From Deltaproteobacteria bacterium (lineage in GTDB: Bacteria; Myxococcota_A; Polyangia; Nannocystales; Nannocystaceae), in NCBI GenBank assembly GCA_022601155.1, contig JAHZJA010000309.1, positions 1 to 17,444 on the forward strand: a DNA stretch of 17,444 nucleotides. Reading direction: 5' to 3'. The translations under genes and the position numbers were made by a program. This document shows positions 13,784 through 17,444 of this stretch, in pieces (positions within the stretch are counted from its first letter, which is position 1; each line of letters begins with the position of its first letter). The notes under the pieces were generated by a model. It searched no databases, was not told where the DNA came from, and worked only from the letters and a program-made list of their open reading frames with translations.

Positions 13784-14572
13784 CTACGCATCCGGGGCTC
13801 GATGTCCGTGTCCCATCGACGCGATCTTCATCGCAATCTCATCGGCGTCGTCGTCGGCCACGGCGCGCCGGGCCACCGCCCGGAGCAGCAGCGCCCCCCC
13901 GCCGATCATGATCGCAGGCACCACGTAGATCAGCACGGGTAGCGGTCCCACGCTGAGCGCCAGCCAGGTCTGGCCATCTTGGATGGCGACGGGTGCACAA
14001 AACAGCCACGCATCGTAAAGCCCGTGCATCGCCACCGCAATAGCGAGCCCGCCCCACCACCCCGGGCCACGGCCATCGAAACGGCGACGGGCGGCGAAGT
14101 ACCCCGCCAGCCCCCCCCAGATGGCGTGACCGGGCACCGCGAGGATCGCTCGTCCGATGTACACGGTGAAATATTGCGACAGGCTGTGCGGGAGCAGCAG
14201 CAGGTAGGCGACGTTCTCCACCAGCGCAAAGCCGAGGCCAGCGCGGGCTCCGTAGACGATGCCGTCCATGCGCTCGTCGAACTCGGGACGCCGCCATGCC
14301 ATCAGGTACACCGACGCGAGCTTGGCCGCTTCCTCGGGCAGCGCCGCGATCACGAACGACATGTACAGCGCGCCGCTGTACCCGACACCGGGCCCCATGA
14401 GCTTGAGCAGCTCGCCCACCAAGATGACCGGCAGCGCCGAGATCGATCCGGCCAGAGCCACACGACGGAGCGTGGATCGTGGCTCGGGCCGCTTGGCGTC
14501 CATGCGATCGATGACCGCCATGGCGATGAGCGCGGGGGCAGCCCCCAGTATGACGAGCTCGATCTCCTCCAT
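13784..14572 (-). CDS. prsW: PrsW-family intramembrane glutamic/metallo-protease
   Basis: ORF 13784..14572(-) has an ATG at 14572..14570. It is polytopic. Family motifs: DRMDAKRPEP near the N-terminus, AALPEEAAKL (the EExxK box), GLGFALVENVAY, PGHAIWGGLAGY and AMHGLYDA. Confidence 0.75.
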   Translation of the reverse strand: MEEIELVILGAAPALIAMAVIDRMDAKRPEPRSTLRRVALAGSISALPVILVGELLKLMGPGVGYSGALYMSFVIAALPEEAAKLASVYLMAWRRPEFDERMDGIVYGARAGLGFALVENVAYLLLLPHSLSQYFTVYIGRAILAVPGHAIWGGLAGYFAARRRFDGRGPGWWGGLAIAVAMHGLYDAWLFCAPVAIQDGQTWLALSVGPLPVLIYVVPAIMIGGGALLLRAVARRAVADDDADEIAMKIASMGHGHRAPDA

Positions 14573-14980
14573 CGCAGCGACGGTTCCGAGGATACGTTGG
14601 TGGCCTGCACCGGGGCGAGAAAACGGGGCCTAGTGGCTCCGCACGGCGATTTTGACGGGGTGGAGCGCCGCGAGCGGAGTCGCAGGCAAGGTGCGAGGCC
14701 GCGGATGTCTGGGGCCGAGCCCCGGGGAGCGACAACCTAGGCCATGGGGGCGGGGGCGGTGGTGCAAGTCTCGAAGGTCCCGGTGTCGAGGTATTCGAGC
14801 CGTGATCGGTCGGATGCCACGGCTATTGGGGGTGGGTGGCTTCTCCGCGTGCCGGCCATGGGCCCCTCGGGGGTTGCGTCTGTCGGTAATCGTGTCGCAC
14901 TCGACCTGGTCGGTGGGGCTGGTGCCTGTGGTCGTGGGGAAAGCAAAGCGGCAGCGCCGACTCGAGTTGGAGGGCCTGCT

Positions 14981-15919
14981 CTAGCTGCGTGCGCACAGCC
15001 GTTGGCGCCACTGGTGGAGGGCGGCCACGTGGCCCGGTGTGGTCCGACAACACCCGCCCACGATGCGAGCTCCGGCTCCATGCCAGCGCTGTGCAAGCGC
15101 GACCATCTGGGCCGGGGTGGTCCGTGAGCCGCACCACTGGCCGTCTTCGTAGCGCTCCCCCGCGTTGGGGTAGACGACGATGGGTCGATCGGTGACCGCA
15201 CGCAGGCGAGTCACCAGTGGCTCCACGTACCGAGGGGCGGTGCAGTTGATTCCCACCGCGACCACCGAAGGCACCGCGGCGATGGCCGCCGCACACGCCT
15301 CGATCGGCTCGCCGTGCCCCACATGGGCACCGTCGCGGCAGCAAAACGCGATCCAGGCCGGTACGGGGACGTCCGTGAGCACGCGAGCCAGGCACTGGGC
15401 CTCACGCAGGCATGGGATCGTCTCGCACGCGACGAGGTCTGCATGCGGAGCCACGATCTCCAGCCGTTCGCGGTGGTAGCGGGCCAGACCCGCGTCATCG
15501 ATGGAGTACTCGCCGCGGTACTCGGAGCCATCGGCCAGGTAGGCCCCGTAGGCACCCAGCGAGGCGATGGCGAGGGGGCGTGGGCGGCCGGGTCGCGCCG
15601 CGGCGGCGCGATCACATGCCCGACGGGCCAACCCTACCGCCCGCTCGAGCAGGGCGCGGGCCTGGTCCGAAGACAGGCCCCGCGCGCGCAGTCCGGGGAG
15701 GCTTGCCTGATAGGTGGCCGCGATGGCGACATCGGCTCCGGCCCGCAGGTAGTCGTCGTGGACTTGCTCGATTGCGGCGGGCTCGTCGAGCAGGACCTTG
15801 GCCGACCACAGCGGATCATCCAGATCGTGACCGCGCGCCGTCAACTCGGTGGCCAGCCCACCATCGAGCAGCATCGTGGCGTCGTCGGCCAACAACGGGC
15901 CGAGCGGATCGAGGGTCAT
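14981..15919 (-). CDS. mmuM: Homocysteine S-methyltransferase (MmuM/YagD-type, Pfam S-methyl_trans fold)
   Basis: The track ORF 14981..16459(-) is Arg/Pro junk upstream. The internal ATG at 15919..15917 gives MTLDPLGPLLADDATMLLDGGLATELTARGHDLDDPLWSAKVLL, the typical N-terminus. The Zn-ligand cysteines are present in VAVGINCTAP and IVGGCCRTTPGH. The ATG overlaps the stop of the upstream gene (ATGA). Confidence 0.85.
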   Translation of the reverse strand: MTLDPLGPLLADDATMLLDGGLATELTARGHDLDDPLWSAKVLLDEPAAIEQVHDDYLRAGADVAIAATYQASLPGLRARGLSSDQARALLERAVGLARRACDRAAAARPGRPRPLAIASLGAYGAYLADGSEYRGEYSIDDAGLARYHRERLEIVAPHADLVACETIPCLREAQCLARVLTDVPVPAWIAFCCRDGAHVGHGEPIEACAAAIAAVPSVVAVGINCTAPRYVEPLVTRLRAVTDRPIVVYPNAGERYEDGQWCGSRTTPAQMVALAQRWHGAGARIVGGCCRTTPGHVAALHQWRQRLCARS

Positions 15920-16998
15920 CGAAAACCGAGCTGCCCGGCGAGGGAGGGGTTGTGCGGTCCGACCCGCCAGATGTAGCGATCGAGCACGTAGTGGGTGGCC
16001 TGCGGCACGGTGAGCAGCGCGACGACGGCCGCCATGGCCAGCGACTGGGGGGCGAGGATGATGTCCCCGGATCCGAACAGGCTCGGGTGGTCGTGCCAGA
16101 CCCAGCGATCCCACAGCGCTTCCTCGGCGGTCGCCAGCGCGACGAGCAGGCCGTAGTAGGCCCCCAGGACCAGGGCACCCGCGCAGCCTCGACGGCCCAG
16201 CGCCCCGCGTACTCGCTCGCGGCCGCCCGCCACCCAGACCAGTGCGAGGTAGGGCACCCCGTGCAGGAAGACGTTGGTGATCGTGAAGATGCGATCGTCG
16301 TCGAAGACCACGATGCCCAGGTGCCAGTTGATGGCCGGAATGAGCACCAACCAGGGGACCATGGGATGCCCCTGCCCGCGGTGTCGCAGCTGCAGTCGGC
16401 GTACGATGAACACGAGCCACACGGGGACTTGCGCGGCCAGGGCGACCGTACCCGCCCACGCGGGGAGCCCGGTGAGCAGGTCACCGGGCATGAACCACAC
16501 GAAGCGCGTGGGCAGATGGGCGTGCCACCACAGCACCGGGCCGGCGGTCGAGGCCCAGATCGCCAGCTCGACGAGGCGGCGATCGGCGGAGCCCTCGGCA
16601 CCCGCACGGACGTAGATGAGGGCGAACCCCACGTGCTGCTTGATGAAGTGGAAGATCGCCACGTAGGCCAGCACCGACCAGAACAACGCAGGCGATTCCA
16701 GGTGCAGCAGGAGGCCGATCCACGCGCAGGCCAAGGGCGTGACGATGAGGCGCCGACAGTGGAGCCGCCGTGCCACCGGGTCGAGATACGTGCGGTACAG
16801 CGACGCCCACACGTGCGCCACGTCGACCAGCAGGACGCCTGCGATCCACAGTCCCACGGGGGTATCGGAGGCCGGTCGCGGATCGAGCAGCCCCAGGGCG
16901 AGGGCCGCCACAGCTGCCGCGACGCCGGGGACGACGAACCACGTGAAGTCGTAGCGAAGCCGGCCGAGGATCGCGTGCGCAGCGGGGGCCGGGCTCAC
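15916..16998 (-). CDS. Polytopic integral membrane protein (about 10 TM) with conserved-looking intramembrane His residues; family not recognised
   Basis: ORF 15916..16998(-) has a GTG start at 16998..16996 that overlaps the upstream TGA (GTGA). Its own stop overlaps the mmuM ATG. It has about 10 hydrophobic segments, with His-containing stretches VDVAHVWASLYRTY, FHFIKQHVGF, INWHLG, NVFLHGVPYLALVW and QATHYVLDRYIW. Confidence 0.65.
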   Translation of the reverse strand: MSPAPAAHAILGRLRYDFTWFVVPGVAAAVAALALGLLDPRPASDTPVGLWIAGVLLVDVAHVWASLYRTYLDPVARRLHCRRLIVTPLACAWIGLLLHLESPALFWSVLAYVAIFHFIKQHVGFALIYVRAGAEGSADRRLVELAIWASTAGPVLWWHAHLPTRFVWFMPGDLLTGLPAWAGTVALAAQVPVWLVFIVRRLQLRHRGQGHPMVPWLVLIPAINWHLGIVVFDDDRIFTITNVFLHGVPYLALVWVAGGRERVRGALGRRGCAGALVLGAYYGLLVALATAEEALWDRWVWHDHPSLFGSGDIILAPQSLAMAAVVALLTVPQATHYVLDRYIWRVGPHNPSLAGQLGFR

Positions 16999-17444
16999 AG
17001 CATCACCTGCGACGGCGGGTGTCCCAGTCGCGTGAGTGCTCGCTCAGCCGCTCGCACGCCGCCACAAAACGCCTCCTCGAACAGGGGCAGTCCCGCGACA
17101 TCCGAGGCACAGGGCTGGACCCGCCCCACCGCTGCCGCCGCGACCATCCGCTCTCGACCGAACAGCACCCCCGGAGCCGGCCGCACCATCGCGTGTCCCC
17201 AGCGCGTGATGTGCATGCGTCGGATGTCGCGCTCGATGCCCGGGTGCATGGCGTCGAGCTGACCGGTGACATGGGTGCACCAGTGGTCGAGCGATCCGGC
17301 GAGCAGCTGTTGCCTGCGCGCTCGCAACCCCGGCCCGTCGTCGGCGGGCAACGGCTGGTAGTAGGTGAGCACGGTGCTGTCGAGGGGGTTGGCGGTGAGC
17401 GGCTCGAGGTGCGTGGCGACCACGTAGCCGAGGTTGTCTGCACC
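16995..17444 (-). CDS. FAD-dependent oxidoreductase of the amine-oxidase/phytoene-desaturase-like superfamily, C-terminal fragment; the N-terminus lies beyond the right edge
   Basis: The frame is open to the window edge. Translating from 17444 gives GADNLGYVVATHLEPL, so the GTG 'start' at 17423 is internal. The C-terminal stretch HITRWGHAMVRP...CASDVAGLPLFEEAFCGGVRAAERAL matches the usual C-terminal FAD-binding end of flavin amine oxidases (g....g....eGA..sG..AA..). Confidence 0.55.
   Translation of the reverse strand, partial: GADNLGYVVATHLEPLTANPLDSTVLTYYQPLPADDGPGLRARRQQLLAGSLDHWCTHVTGQLDAMHPGIERDIRRMHITRWGHAMVRPAPGVLFGRERMVAAAAVGRVQPCASDVAGLPLFEEAFCGGVRAAERALTRLGHPPSQVML

Noticed and set aside
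14757-14850. Possible cobalamin (B12) riboswitch on the plus strand (GGTGCAAGTC...GGTCCCG...GCCACGG)
   Set aside because: Only fragments of the conserved core are present. I could not find a convincing B12 box. No plus-strand gene lies downstream to be regulated. An Infernal scan is needed before any claim.
15412-17262. 616-aa plus-strand ORF antisense to the mmuM operon; similarly 4628..5683(+), 5568..6605(+), 5743..6759(+), 6527..7624(+) and 12758..13732(+)
   Set aside because: The same reasoning applies. They are low-complexity Arg/Gly/Pro translations that fully overlap motif-bearing genes on the other strand.
1-17444. Search for mobile elements, integrases, toxin-antitoxin pairs, restriction or defence genes, tRNA and rRNA
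   Set aside because: I recognised nothing of this type in any frame. No terminal inverted repeats or flanking direct repeats stood out, and no marked compositional island apart from short AT-richer promoter-like patches. The window looks like core or envelope-related chromosome rather than an accessory island.

Overview
This is a very GC-rich bacterial chromosomal window. The protein architectures look Myxococcota-like: a giant receptor Ser/Thr kinase with PEGA and FG-GAP-type repeats, Thr/Ser-linker cysteine-rich lipoproteins and an ECF sigma. That taxonomic call is inference only.

The genes fall into three strand blocks.

(1) Minus-strand array, 7525 down to 1:
- LhgO-like FAD oxidoreductase
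- half-size EamA/DMT membrane protein
- large TlpA-like thioredoxin lipoprotein
- Rossmann SDR/epimerase-like protein
- 302-aa hypothetical
- lgt
- lspA, with an odd repeat-encoded N-terminal region
- the start of a crotonase-family gene

(2) Plus strand:
- a ~1350-aa receptor Ser/Thr kinase (kinase, TM, 2x PEGA-like, about 12-14 FG-GAP/PQQ-like blades)
- an ECF sigma factor after a 76-nt gap that holds a sigma70-like promoter; no anti-sigma gene is visible

(3) Minus strand:
- a cysteine-rich lipoprotein with an internal duplication
- a PrsW-family membrane protease
- a tightly overlapping three-gene operon: FAD amine-oxidase-like, unrecognised 10-TM His-rich membrane protein, homocysteine S-methyltransferase

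I saw no rRNA, tRNA, CRISPR array, transposase, integrase or phage genes. Most long ORFs in the track on the opposite strand or in other frames are typical high-GC shadow ORFs.

The most interesting leads are:
- the kinase/ECF-sigma pair without an anti-sigma factor
- the frame ambiguity and tandem repeat between lgt and lspA
- the overlapping oxidase/membrane-protein/methyltransferase operon
- the duplicated Cys-rich lipoprotein

I cannot show that any of these is a new system. All functional calls come from motifs read by eye, without database searches.
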